Notes under the pieces: model-generated
What the model saw: the letters and a program-made list of their open reading frames with translations, nothing else
The model's database searches: none
What the model was told of the DNA's origin: nothing
Translations under genes and position numbers: made by a program
Shown: positions 19,932 to 29,828 of the stretch, piece by piece
Numbering within the stretch: the first letter of the stretch is position 1
Layout of the letters: every line of letters begins with the position of its first letter
Assembly: GCA_001769835.1 (NCBI GenBank)
Contig: MEPR01000025.1
Span: forward strand, 5,442-69,441
Length of the DNA stretch: 64,000 nt
Direction of reading: 5' to 3'
DNA from: Bdellovibrionales bacterium GWB1_55_8
Lineage (GTDB): Bacteria > Bdellovibrionota > UBA1018

Positions 19932-20362
19932 AAAGGGAGTCCTTTCAGGTTGTTGCGGAGATGATCATCGTCCATGCCGCCAAAATCAGCGCGCGATATC
20001 GCTATTCTCTGAAGGCCGAGTGAACCCAGGTTTTTCCGGATTACCGCAAATGTTTCCGCTGTGGCGGCTGCGCGCTTTCCAGGAGCAGTACAGTCTCCGG
20101 CGCCTAGAAATAACAGGTGGTAGACAGTTCCATTTCTCGTGATCGGCACATAGGCGCATTGGCCAGGGTCACCTGAAATCGCACCAGCGCGCATAAACGC
20201 GGAAACGGCACCATGGAAACGCCAGTCCAGCAATCCCGCGAGTCCGTGCAAGGGGCGCTCGTTTCTGTGCAGAACAACCGCGAGTCCCTGGATCTGGTTT
20301 GTGAACAACGCGTCTTCCGGATTCAGTGCGAGCTGTTGCAGTGAAGTCGCTGACTCACTCAT
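19916..20362 (-). CDS. Stand-alone peptidase M17 (leucyl aminopeptidase) N-terminal-domain-like protein
   Basis: NERPLHGLAGLLDWRFHGAVS and LLFLGAG motifs typical of this macro-like domain family; no catalytic domain. Confidence 0.65.
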   Translation of the reverse strand: MSESATSLQQLALNPEDALFTNQIQGLAVVLHRNERPLHGLAGLLDWRFHGAVSAFMRAGAISGDPGQCAYVPITRNGTVYHLLFLGAGDCTAPGKRAAATAETFAVIRKNLGSLGLQRIAISRADFGGMDDDHLRNNLKGLPLWIVH

Positions 20363-20442
20363 TATTTTAGTTTAGCTGTGTCTGGGTTCGCGGACAAGGT
20401 CCGGCTGCTTGAACCGGCTTGAGTCAAAACTTTGGCACACCC

Positions 20443-20895
20443 TCAGGAGCTGCGTATCTGTCGCTGGAGAGCGTCTAAAATGCCGTTAATGAACGCGGGG
20501 CTGTCGCTCGTCCCGAATTCTTTCGCTAACTCAATCGCCTCGTCAATCACGATGGAAGCAGCGGTCTCGGGAAAACGGAGCAGCTCATAAGCGGACAGGC
20601 GTAAAAGGTTTCTGTCGACAAGAGCCATGCGAGCCATTTTCCAGTTGGACGCATGTTTCTCGATCAGGACGTCCAGCTCCGCGAGTTCTTTCAAGGTGCC
20701 GGCAACAAGCTGGGCCGAAAACTCGCGGACATCAGCCGGAACCTGAAAATGTTCAAAGTGATCCTGAAGCGCTCGCGCCAGGACCGAGTCAAATCCCGCG
20801 GTAGCGGAAGAGGAGAGTACGCCGTCGCTCTGCTTTTCCATGTCGTGGCGATAAAGGAACTGGAGCGCGATCTCACGCGCGAGATGTCTTTTCAT
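20443..20895 (-). CDS. nusB: Transcription antitermination factor NusB
   Basis: RHLAREIALQFLY, NWKMARMALVDRNLLR, IDEAIELAKEFG...FINGILD. Confidence 0.97.
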   Translation of the reverse strand: MKRHLAREIALQFLYRHDMEKQSDGVLSSSATAGFDSVLARALQDHFEHFQVPADVREFSAQLVAGTLKELAELDVLIEKHASNWKMARMALVDRNLLRLSAYELLRFPETAASIVIDEAIELAKEFGTSDSPAFINGILDALQRQIRSS

Positions 20896-21422
20896 TTCTT
20901 CCCCTCAGAGGCGGTTCCGCCAGCACCTTCGTTCGCGGCGAACGGGAATGCAAGGCTTGCCGGATCGTCTTGAGTTAGGGCAGGGCCCTGAAGCTCGGCC
21001 ATGAATTCCTCCACGTCCTGGAACTCACGATAGACGGATGCAAACCGGATGTAGGCGACTTTATCCAACTTGTGAAGCTCGGCCATCGCCATCTGCCCGA
21101 TCGCGCGGGTTGGCACTTCCTTCAGACCATAGCTCTGGATCATTTTTTCGATGTGCGTGACGATCTCGTCCACTTTTTGAGTGGGGACCGAACGTTTCTG
21201 GCAGGCCTTTTGGATCCCATCCCACACTTTATCGCGATTATAAGCCTCGCGCCGTCCGTCTTTTTTGATCACGGCGGGCATGACTTCTTCCACTCGTTCG
21301 TAAGTCGTGAATCGGCCTTCGCATCTCGGACATTCCCGGCGTCTTCGGGTGATATCGCCGGTCTGATTCAGGCGCGAATCGATGACCTTGGTGTCAATCG
21401 CAGTGCAATAAGGGCATTTCAC
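20892..21422 (-). CDS. nrdR: Transcriptional repressor NrdR
   Basis: GTG start KCPYC...RRRRECPRCEGRFTTYE, ATP-cone, VAYIRFASVYREF. Confidence 0.97.
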   Translation of the reverse strand: MKCPYCTAIDTKVIDSRLNQTGDITRRRRECPRCEGRFTTYERVEEVMPAVIKKDGRREAYNRDKVWDGIQKACQKRSVPTQKVDEIVTHIEKMIQSYGLKEVPTRAIGQMAMAELHKLDKVAYIRFASVYREFQDVEEFMAELQGPALTQDDPASLAFPFAANEGAGGTASEGKK

Positions 21423-21471
21423 GGAAAACTCTCCAGGAACCGCTTGTAACCGATTTGTTCGTCCGCGGCAA

Positions 21472-22752
21472 TCAGGCTGAATAAAGGGGGAACTTTCCGC
21501 AAAGTTCGGCAACATCGGAGCGAAGTCGCTCGGTTACGCCCTTGTCTCCCCGAGCCTCGAGTGTCAGGCGGATCCAGCGGGCAATCTGCTTCATTTCCGA
21601 ACGGCCCATGCCCCGGGTCGTGATCGCGGGCACGCCAATTCTGATTCCACTGGTAATAAACGGGCTTCTTTTCTCATTCGGCACGGTGTTTTTGTTCACC
21701 GTGATTCCCGCCTGGTCGAGCCAATGTTCGGCTTCTTTGCCCGTAATTGAACCGTCGCCGAACGTGGACAGGTCGGCCAGCATCAGGTGGTTATCCGTGC
21801 CGCCGGTAACAAGCTTCAGACCGGCAGCCATCAGTTCGTCGGCGAGCACTTTCGCATTGGCGACGACTTCTTTTTGATAATCGCGGAAGGACCCATCCAA
21901 TGCCTCGCCGAAAGCCACGGCTTTGCCGGCGATCACGTGCATGAGGGGGCCTCCCTGAATGCCTGGAAATATCGTGGAGTTGATGGCTTTTAACCGCTCC
22001 GTCGACGACAAGATCAGACCACCGCGTGGGCCTCGAAGTGTCTTATGAGTCGTCGAGGTCGTGTAGGTGGCGTAGGGAATGGGTGAAGGATGAAGGCCTG
22101 CTGCCACAAGCCCTGCGATATGGGCCATGTCCACGACGAATTCAGCCCCGACCTCGCGTGCAATCGATGACATCGTGGCGAAATCGATGATTCGGGGGTA
22201 AGCGCTTGCGCCGGCTACGATGACCTTGGGCCGTTCTCGTTTGGCTGTTTCGCGAATCAGATCATAATCCAGACGATCTGTTTCTGGGTTCAGTCCGTAA
22301 GCGACCACCTTGAAAAGCTTTCCACTGAAGTTTGCAGGGCTGCCATGGGTCAGGTGTCCGCCATGTGCCAGGCTCATGCCCATCAGGGTATCGCCGGGCG
22401 AAAGAAGGGTCATGTAAGCCGCCATATTGGCTTGCGAGCCCGAGTGGGCCTGGACATTCGCGGCCTCCGCTCCGAAGAGTTTACAAGCTCTCTCAATTGC
22501 GAGCGCTTCAATCTGGTCCACGAATTCGCAGCCACCGTAATATCTTTTACCTGGGTAGCCCTCTGCGTACTTGTTGGTGAGGATGGTGCCTTGCGCGTCC
22601 AGAACGGCACGACTGACATAGTTCTCAGAGGCGATGAGCTCAATGCCGGTTTCCTGACGATGGAGTTCCCGATTCACTGCCGCCGAAACGAGGGGATCTG
22701 ATTTCTGCAGGGATTCTTGAAACTTCGTTGCGGTTTTCTGATCCGAACTCAT
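21472..22752 (-). CDS. glyA: Serine hydroxymethyltransferase
   Basis: [34 protein letters not shown] (PLP Lys), SGIRIG. Confidence 0.98.
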   Translation of the reverse strand: MSSDQKTATKFQESLQKSDPLVSAAVNRELHRQETGIELIASENYVSRAVLDAQGTILTNKYAEGYPGKRYYGGCEFVDQIEALAIERACKLFGAEAANVQAHSGSQANMAAYMTLLSPGDTLMGMSLAHGGHLTHGSPANFSGKLFKVVAYGLNPETDRLDYDLIRETAKRERPKVIVAGASAYPRIIDFATMSSIAREVGAEFVVDMAHIAGLVAAGLHPSPIPYATYTTSTTHKTLRGPRGGLILSSTERLKAINSTIFPGIQGGPLMHVIAGKAVAFGEALDGSFRDYQKEVVANAKVLADELMAAGLKLVTGGTDNHLMLADLSTFGDGSITGKEAEHWLDQAGITVNKNTVPNEKRSPFITSGIRIGVPAITTRGMGRSEMKQIARWIRLTLEARGDKGVTERLRSDVAELCGKFPLYSA

Positions 22753-22759
22753 GAATGCC

Positions 22760-23212
22760 TCATTTCTTTTCCAACCGGGCGATCTTTTTGATCCGTCCTT
22801 CATGCCGATGGTCAGCGCTGAACTCCGTCGTCAGCCAGGCCTGCGCAATCTCGGCGCCATACTCAGGGGCAATGAAACGGGATCCCAGGCAAAGGACATT
22901 AGCATCGTTGTGCTCGCGTGAAAGTCGCGCGGCTACAGGATTTTCCACAACTGCAGCCCGGATGCCCGCTATTTTGTTTGCCGCAATGCTCATTCCGATG
23001 CCGCTTCCGCAGATCAGGATGCCGCGTTTGGCGACGCCCGACGCAATCGAGGCTCCCAGTTTTTCGGCAAAGTCAGGGTAGTCCACCCGATCGCCGTTCA
23101 CCGGGCCCAGGTCTTTCCATTCCCAATCTGAAAGAGCTTTTTGAATGGCGGCCTTCAAGGCGATTCCCGCATGATCGGACGCGATCAGAATGGTTTCCGC
23201 ATTTTTTTTCAT
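22760..23212 (-). CDS. rpiB: Ribose-5-phosphate isomerase B
   Basis: [45 protein letters not shown]. Confidence 0.97.
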   Translation of the reverse strand: MKKNAETILIASDHAGIALKAAIQKALSDWEWKDLGPVNGDRVDYPDFAEKLGASIASGVAKRGILICGSGIGMSIAANKIAGIRAAVVENPVAARLSREHNDANVLCLGSRFIAPEYGAEIAQAWLTTEFSADHRHEGRIKKIARLEKK

Positions 23213-23247
23213 GAATGGAGCTCCTCTGCTGTCTGGCAGAAATGCGA

Positions 23248-24549
23248 TCAAACCCGCCCGACGATCAGGCTGGCGTTTGTTCCTCCGAAACCAAAACTAT
23301 TGGACATCGCGAAGTCGAAGCGTTTCTCAGCGGTCCTGTTCGCCGTAAAATCAATACCGAGTTCAGAACAGCCCGGGTCGAGATTTTCAAGGTTGATAGT
23401 CGGTGGAATTCGCCCCTCGCGAATGGCCAGGGTGCAGAACAGCGCTTCGAGCGCGCCTGCGGCGCCCAATAGGTGGCCCGTCATCGACTTTGTGGAGCTG
23501 ACGTGAAGGTGCTTCGAGGCATTCGGGAAGAGCCGCGCCACTGCGCGGGCTTCTTCCACGTCGCCTGCTGGAGTGGAGGTTCCGTGCGCATTGACATAGC
23601 CAATTTGATCGGCGGAAAGACCGGAGCTTTTCAAAGCCATCTGCATGGCGCGGAAACCACCGGCGCCTTCGGGAGCAGGGGTGGTCATGTGATAGGCGTC
23701 GCCAGAGAGACCATAGCCACGAATTTCGCCGTAAATCTTCGCGCCGCGCTTTTTAGCGTGCTCAAATTCCTCGAGGACGAGCACGGCACTTCCTTCGCCC
23801 ATTACGAATCCGTCGCGATCCTTGTCAAAGGGGCGCGAAGCACGAGCCGGTTCATCATTCCTCGTGGAAAGAGCACGCATCGAGGCAAAACCCCCGATTC
23901 CCATCTGGCAGATCACGGCCTCCGCACCGCCTGCGAAGACGATGTCGGCATCGTCACGTTGAATCATCCGGAAAGACTCACCCACGGAATGCGCGCTCGA
24001 GGAGCAGGCGCTCACGGTGCACAGATTCGGGCCTTTCAGATCGAGCAAAATGCTGAGCTGACCTGAGGCCATGTTCGGGATCACCTGAGGAATAAAGAAA
24101 GGCGTGATTCTGCGATATCCCTTGGCAACGAAATCGTTGTGGATCTCGATAATCTCGGGAAGCCCGCCCATTCCCGCTCCAATGTTGATCCCCATGCGTT
24201 CGGGATCAATTTTCGAGCGGACCAGATCCAGACCTGAGTCTTCGTATGCCTCAAGGCCCGCCGCCAGCGCGAAATGGACAAAACGTCCCACACGACGCGC
24301 ATCTTTCGCATTTGCGGCCTGTGTGAGTTGTTGATCCGGATGAGCCGAGTCAGGACGGAAGGGCCCGATCGAGCGAGTCACATCAAAGCCTTTGACCTCA
24401 CCGGCGATCGTTACCGGACAATCGGTGAGATCAAAGAGCGATATTCTGCCTACGCCGGAGCGCCCTTCAAGGGCGTTCTTCCATGTTTCTGGAACCGACA
24501 AACCCAGAGGTGTTACGGCTCCCAAACCGGTAATGACGACCCGGCGCAT
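23248..24549 (-). CDS. fabF: Beta-ketoacyl-ACP synthase II
   Basis: RRVVITGLG, SACSSS catalytic Cys, AHGTST, KSMTGHLLGAAG, SNSFGFGGTN. Confidence 0.97.
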   Translation of the reverse strand: MRRVVITGLGAVTPLGLSVPETWKNALEGRSGVGRISLFDLTDCPVTIAGEVKGFDVTRSIGPFRPDSAHPDQQLTQAANAKDARRVGRFVHFALAAGLEAYEDSGLDLVRSKIDPERMGINIGAGMGGLPEIIEIHNDFVAKGYRRITPFFIPQVIPNMASGQLSILLDLKGPNLCTVSACSSSAHSVGESFRMIQRDDADIVFAGGAEAVICQMGIGGFASMRALSTRNDEPARASRPFDKDRDGFVMGEGSAVLVLEEFEHAKKRGAKIYGEIRGYGLSGDAYHMTTPAPEGAGGFRAMQMALKSSGLSADQIGYVNAHGTSTPAGDVEEARAVARLFPNASKHLHVSSTKSMTGHLLGAAGALEALFCTLAIREGRIPPTINLENLDPGCSELGIDFTANRTAEKRFDFAMSNSFGFGGTNASLIVGRV

Positions 24550-24555
24550 GAGACC

Positions 24556-24798
24556 TTACTGAGTGGTGCGCGAGACGATGTATTTCGTGACATCGCCAAC
24601 GGTTTTAATCTTTTCCGCGTCTTCATCCGGAATATCGAGGTCGAACTCTTCTTCCATGGTCATGACGAGTTCAACGATATCGAGGCTGTCAGCGCCTAGA
24701 TCATCGATAAACGATGCGGCGGTGGTCACCTTTTCCGGTTCCACGGCGAGCTGATCACAAATGATGTTACGGACTCTTTCTTCTACGGATGCGGACAT
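24556..24798 (-). CDS. acpP: Acyl carrier protein
   Basis: [14 protein letters not shown] phosphopantetheine Ser motif. Confidence 0.97.
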   Translation of the reverse strand: MSASVEERVRNIICDQLAVEPEKVTTAASFIDDLGADSLDIVELVMTMEEEFDLDIPDEDAEKIKTVGDVTKYIVSRTTQ

Positions 24799-24865
24799 CT
24801 TTCTTCTTCTCCTATGTATCCAAATCGTAACCCGGTTGTTTCGGGTCGCGTCACTCCACGCGGAT

Positions 24866-25612
24866 TCACATGTACATCCCGCCGTTGACCCCAATCACCT
24901 GTCCGGTGATATAGCGGCTGGCCGGCGAGGCCAGAAAGGCGACCAGGGATGCAACATCCTCCGGGGCCCCAAAAAAACCGAGCGGGACGGTTCGCAGAAT
25001 GGCCTCTTTTTGGTTTTCCGTCAAGGCCCCTGTCATATCGGTTTCAATGTATCCTGGGGTAATTGTATTTACCCGAATCTTTCGGCTTCCCAACTCCTTA
25101 GCCACGCTTTTGCTGAATCCGAGCAGACCCGACTTAGCCGCTGCATAGCCGCTTTGCCCCGCATTTCCGGTTTCCCCGATCACTGACGAGATCTGGACAA
25201 TGCTTCCCTCGCGGGCCTTCATCATGTGTTTTGCCGCCGCTCGCGTGCAGTAGATAGCCCCGGCCAAATCAATGGAAAGCGTTTTCGCCAGATCCTCGTC
25301 CTTCAAACGAAGAAGGAGTCCGTCGATCGTAATCCCCGCATTATTGACGAGGACAGCGAGGGGACCGAAATTTTTTGCAATCCAATCGAATTTTTCATCC
25401 ACCTGGGCGGACTGGGAGACGTCAAACTGGCAAAGCTCCGCAGAACCTCCGGACGCTCTGATTTGGTCGCGAACGGCGGCGGCCTTCTCCTCGTTTCCCA
25501 TGTAATTGATGAAGACCTGGTAGCCCTCCTGAGCCAGGCGAACCGCGATAGCGGCGCCGATGCCACGCGAAGCTCCCGTCACGAGCGCCCTTGGTTTTGC
25601 GTTTGGTTCCAT
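24866..25612 (-). CDS. fabG: 3-oxoacyl-ACP reductase
   Basis: [32 protein letters not shown]. Confidence 0.96.
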   Translation of the reverse strand: MEPNAKPRALVTGASRGIGAAIAVRLAQEGYQVFINYMGNEEKAAAVRDQIRASGGSAELCQFDVSQSAQVDEKFDWIAKNFGPLAVLVNNAGITIDGLLLRLKDEDLAKTLSIDLAGAIYCTRAAAKHMMKAREGSIVQISSVIGETGNAGQSGYAAAKSGLLGFSKSVAKELGSRKIRVNTITPGYIETDMTGALTENQKEAILRTVPLGFFGAPEDVASLVAFLASPASRYITGQVIGVNGGMYM

Positions 25613-25614
25613 GC

Positions 25615-26661
25615 TCAGTGATCCTTTCCGGCGGATAAGGCGGGTCCCATTGCCTCGAGGGCTTTGAGGCCGGCCGAGTCTCCGAGTGAGACAACGTCAA
25701 ATTTCCTGTCGGCACTGCGGCTGATGCGTTTCACCAGGCCGGCAAGAACCTTTCCGGGCCCAAATTCGACACCGACTGAAGAAACGTCCGACTCAAGAAG
25801 GGCCTTCACTGATTGCTGCCACAGAACGGGATGATCCACTTGCTCAACAAGAAGATCGAACACCACGCCTGATTCCTGTGTCAGACGTGCGGTTCTATTC
25901 GGCACGTAGGGAGCAGTAAGGACACGGGGACGTTCGAAGGGCTGGGCTTTTAGAAAAAGTTCGGCCATTCGTTCGCGTGCCGGCGCCATGAGTTTGCAAT
26001 GGAATGGCGCGCTCACTTGAAGCGGGATAGCCTTGCCGCCTGCGAACTCACCGCTCTGAACGAGCAAAACAGCTTCACGAATCGCATCTGACGAGCCCGC
26101 GATCACGATTTGCCCAGGAGCATTGAAATTCGCGGGCTGCACGATGGCTTCAACCACGGAGGAGCTCTCGCCCGAAGCGCGCTTTTGTTTCGTCGCTTCC
26201 GTCGCCTTTGAGCAGAGACGGAGAATCGCCTCCTCTTCCAGCCCCATGATGGCAGCCATCGATCCTTCGCCAGCGGGTACCGCCCGTTGCATCGCGATTC
26301 CGCGTTCCCTGACCCACCTGGCGGCGGACGAAAGCGGAAACGCACCTGCCGCGACGAGTGCCGAGTATTCACCGAGGGAATGCCCGGCTACCGCCGAAGG
26401 CTTGAATCCCAGTTCGCTATGGGCAACGCGGTAAGCGGCGACGGAGGCCGTGAGAAGGCAGGGCTGCGTGTTTTCGGTGAGCGTGAGATCGGTTTCAGGG
26501 CCTTCAAAACAAAGTTTTTTCAGGTCCACGTGAAGGGCGTCTGAGCATTCCTCGAAAACTTCGCGAGCTATGGGGAAGTTTTCGTAAAGGTCCTTTCCCA
26601 TTCCGACATGTTGCGAGCCTTGACCTGGGAATAGCGCTACGGGCGCGGATGTCTGGGTCAT
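25615..26661 (-). CDS. fabD: Malonyl-CoA:ACP transacylase
   Basis: FPGQGSQ, GHSLGEY, SAPFH, EFGPGKVL. Confidence 0.97.
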   Translation of the reverse strand: MTQTSAPVALFPGQGSQHVGMGKDLYENFPIAREVFEECSDALHVDLKKLCFEGPETDLTLTENTQPCLLTASVAAYRVAHSELGFKPSAVAGHSLGEYSALVAAGAFPLSSAARWVRERGIAMQRAVPAGEGSMAAIMGLEEEAILRLCSKATEATKQKRASGESSSVVEAIVQPANFNAPGQIVIAGSSDAIREAVLLVQSGEFAGGKAIPLQVSAPFHCKLMAPARERMAELFLKAQPFERPRVLTAPYVPNRTARLTQESGVVFDLLVEQVDHPVLWQQSVKALLESDVSSVGVEFGPGKVLAGLVKRISRSADRKFDVVSLGDSAGLKALEAMGPALSAGKDH

Positions 26662-26662
26662 T

Positions 26663-27691
26663 TTACCACCTCATGAGAGTTGAGCCGTAGGTCAGACCGG
26701 CGCCGAAAACGTCGATCAGGACGGTTTGCCCCTGCTTGACCCGGCCATCGCGTACGGCTTCATCCAATGCGGTGATCGCAGTCGCGGATGAAGTGTTTCC
26801 ATATCGTTCAATATTAAGCAGGACCTTTTCCATCGGGAAGTCGAGACGCTTGGCAACGGCCTCGATGATGCGAAGATTGGCCTGGTGCGGGACAAACCAA
26901 TCCAGGTCGTCCGCCTTCATTCCATTGCTCTCGAGCGCGATCACGGCGTAATCGGCGAGCGTTTTTACGGCTACCTTGAAGATCTCGCGGCCCTTCATTT
27001 TCATCTTGTCGAGCTTGGCCGCGTGAACTTCCGGCGTGACTTCCATATTGGAACCGCCGGCCGGAAGGTGAAACATCTCCCAGAGTCTGCCATCGGCGCC
27101 CAGGTGGGTGGATAAGATCCTGCTTTTCGAATTTCCAGGCACCTGTTCCACGATGGCCGCTCCTGCGCCGTCTCCGAAGAGAATGCAGGAGCCGCGGTCT
27201 TCCCAATCCGTGAAGGTGCTCAGAACTTCCGCTCCGATGACCAGCGAGGTTTTTGCGAGGCCGCAGCGGATGGATTGATCGGCCATCGTGAGGGCGTAAA
27301 CAAACCCCGAGCAGGCCGCGTTGATGTCCATCGCATGGGCGCGGTGTGCGCCGAGCTTGAGCTGAAGCCAGCAGGCAGTATTGGGGACGAGGGTATCGGG
27401 CGAGACCGTTGCATACAGGATCTGATCGATATCTTCGGGACGCTTGCCCGCCATCTCCAGCGCCTGTTGGGCCGCACGCAGCGCGAGGGATGAATTCCGT
27501 TCGTTCGGATCAGCTGGCTTCGAGATACGACGTTCCCGGATCCCGGTCCGCTCCCGAATCCATTCGTCACTCGTATCCAGAGTTTTCGAAAGATCGTCGT
27601 TGGTGACTATTCGTTTCGGAAAACCCGAACCTGTGCCCGTGATTTTCGATGCGAATTGTTGTGCTGAGAAAGGAGCAGATGAAGTAATCAT
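26663..27691 (-). CDS. fabH: Beta-ketoacyl-ACP synthase III
   Basis: AACSGF, HQAN, GNTS triad motifs. Confidence 0.97.
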   Translation of the reverse strand: MITSSAPFSAQQFASKITGTGSGFPKRIVTNDDLSKTLDTSDEWIRERTGIRERRISKPADPNERNSSLALRAAQQALEMAGKRPEDIDQILYATVSPDTLVPNTACWLQLKLGAHRAHAMDINAACSGFVYALTMADQSIRCGLAKTSLVIGAEVLSTFTDWEDRGSCILFGDGAGAAIVEQVPGNSKSRILSTHLGADGRLWEMFHLPAGGSNMEVTPEVHAAKLDKMKMKGREIFKVAVKTLADYAVIALESNGMKADDLDWFVPHQANLRIIEAVAKRLDFPMEKVLLNIERYGNTSSATAITALDEAVRDGRVKQGQTVLIDVFGAGLTYGSTLMRW

Positions 27692-27710
27692 ATAGGTTCA
27701 ACTCTTAGGT

Positions 27711-28796
27711 TCAACTCTGTGTCAGGGCTTCTTCGAGCCGCTCGACGAACCGTTCCTGAAGTGCCGTCCTTGCCCGCAGGAGTGCATTGCGGATCGCCCT
27801 TGGATTGCTCCGACCATGACAAATAAAAGCGTAACCTGCCACTCCTAAAAGCGGCGCGGCTCCATATTCAGCGTAGTCGAGTTTGTGCTTCATTTTCCTG
27901 AGTACGCCAGCCGACAGGAGCATGCCGATAGGAGCAAGAAGGCTTGATTTCACTTCTTTTTGCAACATGGAGACGATCGCTGATCCGAGGCCTTCCAAGC
28001 TCTTCAAAACGACGTTGCCGGTAAAGCCATCCGTCACCACCACGTCGACTTTACCTTTGAAGATTTCCTTTCCTTCGACGTAACCCAGAAATTCTCCCAT
28101 GGTTAAGGACTCATGGGAAAAAAGCGGGGAGGCGGCGATCAGAGCGGCGGCGGCACGGGTCAGTTCCGTTCCTTTTCCTTCTTCCTCGCCGTTGGACAAA
28201 ACGCCCACGCGAACAGGGGCGGCGGATTTTCGTTCAACTTTGGCGAAATGGGCACCCATGATCGCGAAATCACGCAGGTGAGTGGGCTTGCAATCAACGT
28301 TTGCCCCGATGTCGAGGAGAACGCATCCATCAGGACTGAGAGTCGGAAGTTTTATGGCGATCGCAGGGCGCTCGATTTTCGGAAGCCGGCCCATGTGCAG
28401 CAGGGCCGATGCCATGGCAGCGCCAGAATGGCCTGCACTGACGAACGCGGCGATTTCCCGTGGCCGCGTATGTCTCTGATCGTAGGAATCAGCGGCGAGT
28501 TTGCATCCGACGTTGATCGTCGCGTCGGGTTTTCGACGCAGGGCCCGGATGGAATCTTCCATCTCGATGTTCTGCGGAGCGTGAATGATCCGGACTCGTC
28601 CTTCGGTTTCGGCGCTGGTGAGTGGATGGAAACGGCGGCGTTTCAGATGCGACCGGATGATGGCCTCATCCCCAAGAAGAACCAGGGTGCATGGAAAATC
28701 AGGACGTGTGATTTCCGCAAGCGCCAGCGTGGCACCTTCTAAAAGAGCATGGGGTGCGTGATCGCCCCCCATCGCATCGAGAACTAATACTGGCAT
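27711..28796 (-). CDS. plsX: Phosphate acyltransferase PlsX
   Basis: LDAMGGDHAP, VSAGHSG, LDIGANVD, VTDGFTGNVVLK, YGAAPLLG, ICHGRS. Confidence 0.96.
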   Translation of the reverse strand: MPVLVLDAMGGDHAPHALLEGATLALAEITRPDFPCTLVLLGDEAIIRSHLKRRRFHPLTSAETEGRVRIIHAPQNIEMEDSIRALRRKPDATINVGCKLAADSYDQRHTRPREIAAFVSAGHSGAAMASALLHMGRLPKIERPAIAIKLPTLSPDGCVLLDIGANVDCKPTHLRDFAIMGAHFAKVERKSAAPVRVGVLSNGEEEGKGTELTRAAAALIAASPLFSHESLTMGEFLGYVEGKEIFKGKVDVVVTDGFTGNVVLKSLEGLGSAIVSMLQKEVKSSLLAPIGMLLSAGVLRKMKHKLDYAEYGAAPLLGVAGYAFICHGRSNPRAIRNALLRARTALQERFVERLEEALTQS

Positions 28797-28820
28797 GAAG
28801 GCTGAACGAGAGCCCTAGCC

Positions 28821-29018
28821 TCAGACAGTAGCGGCGACTTTACCAGGAAGGATCGCTTTGCCTTCGTAGTGACCGCAAGAGGAGCACACGCGATGAGGGC
28901 GGCTCACTTCATTGCAGTTCGAGCAGGTGGCACCAGTGGGTTTGTCCAGTTTGTTTCCGGCTGCGAAGCGACGCATGTTTCTACGGCTGCGGGAGCTCTT
29001 CTTTTTTGGGGTTGCCAT
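28821..29018 (-). CDS. rpmF: 50S ribosomal protein L32 (C+ zinc-binding form)
   Basis: ATPKKKSSRSRRNMRR, CSNC...PHRVCSSCGHY. Confidence 0.96.
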   Translation of the reverse strand: MATPKKKSSRSRRNMRRFAAGNKLDKPTGATCSNCNEVSRPHRVCSSCGHYEGKAILPGKVAATV

Positions 29019-29060
29019 TTTTCGTTCTCCTTAAGGTTAAGATAATGATCTGGAATTTGC

Positions 29061-29693
29061 CTATTTGAGCTTGAGATTCGCCAGAGCCCCGAATGCGCTC
29101 TGTTTCATGGTTTTTGCGCAAGCGCAACGACCTGAGTTCAGATCGGCTCCGCAAATCGTGCAGATGCCTTTGCAGGTTTCCGCGCAAATCGGTTGAAACG
29201 GTACTTGGAATTGAAGCTGTTCCGTAAGAACCGCGGTCAAGTCGATGAAGTCTTCTGAAACGTAAGTGATATCGAGGTTGCTCGTGGACGACACACCCGA
29301 GACGGAATCGTCTTCAGCATCAAAGTCATGTGCGTGACGTGCGACTCCTTTGTTCTGGCCGGCGGGTTTTTCGACACCATCGCGCGTGCGCTGAAGATAA
29401 CCCACGCCCGCCATCTCGGGGTCTTTGCAGTACAACGATGAAAACCCGGTTGAGCACCGGAAATCGAAAGGGGTGCCGCAGCGGCTGCATAAAAGCCGCA
29501 AATGAGTCTTGAGATGTCCGGTGATGACAACGACCTCGTCGATTTTTTGAACCGCGAAATTCACCCTCACCGGACGTGATTGAGGCGTTTCAACCTCGTC
29601 TGCTTTTGCGACAGCGGGCAAGACCCAGGATTCAGTCTCATCAAAGACCAAATCGGTTGCCACATCAGTGATTTCATTCAAATAAAGCTTCAT
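29061..29693 (-). CDS. yceD: YceD/DUF177 family protein
   Basis: CSRC, PICAETCKGICTICGADLN...C; canonical position upstream of rpmF. Confidence 0.9.
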   Translation of the reverse strand: MKLYLNEITDVATDLVFDETESWVLPAVAKADEVETPQSRPVRVNFAVQKIDEVVVITGHLKTHLRLLCSRCGTPFDFRCSTGFSSLYCKDPEMAGVGYLQRTRDGVEKPAGQNKGVARHAHDFDAEDDSVSGVSSTSNLDITYVSEDFIDLTAVLTEQLQFQVPFQPICAETCKGICTICGADLNSGRCACAKTMKQSAFGALANLKLK

Positions 29694-29828
29694 AATAAAT
29701 AAAACAAAAACAAACGGGTGAACGAGCGGATGCGCCCATTTCGGCGAATCCCATTAGCAGTCCTGAGTTGTCGGACACTAGCCGCAGGGGCCCCGTCAAG
29801 TCAACCGGAATTTGAAAATCCTGAGTTC

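Noticed and set aside
29775-29805. Promoter-like TTGACG/TTGACT...TAGTGT upstream of yceD
   Set aside because: Spacing is 14 or 19 bp, not about 17; too weak to report.
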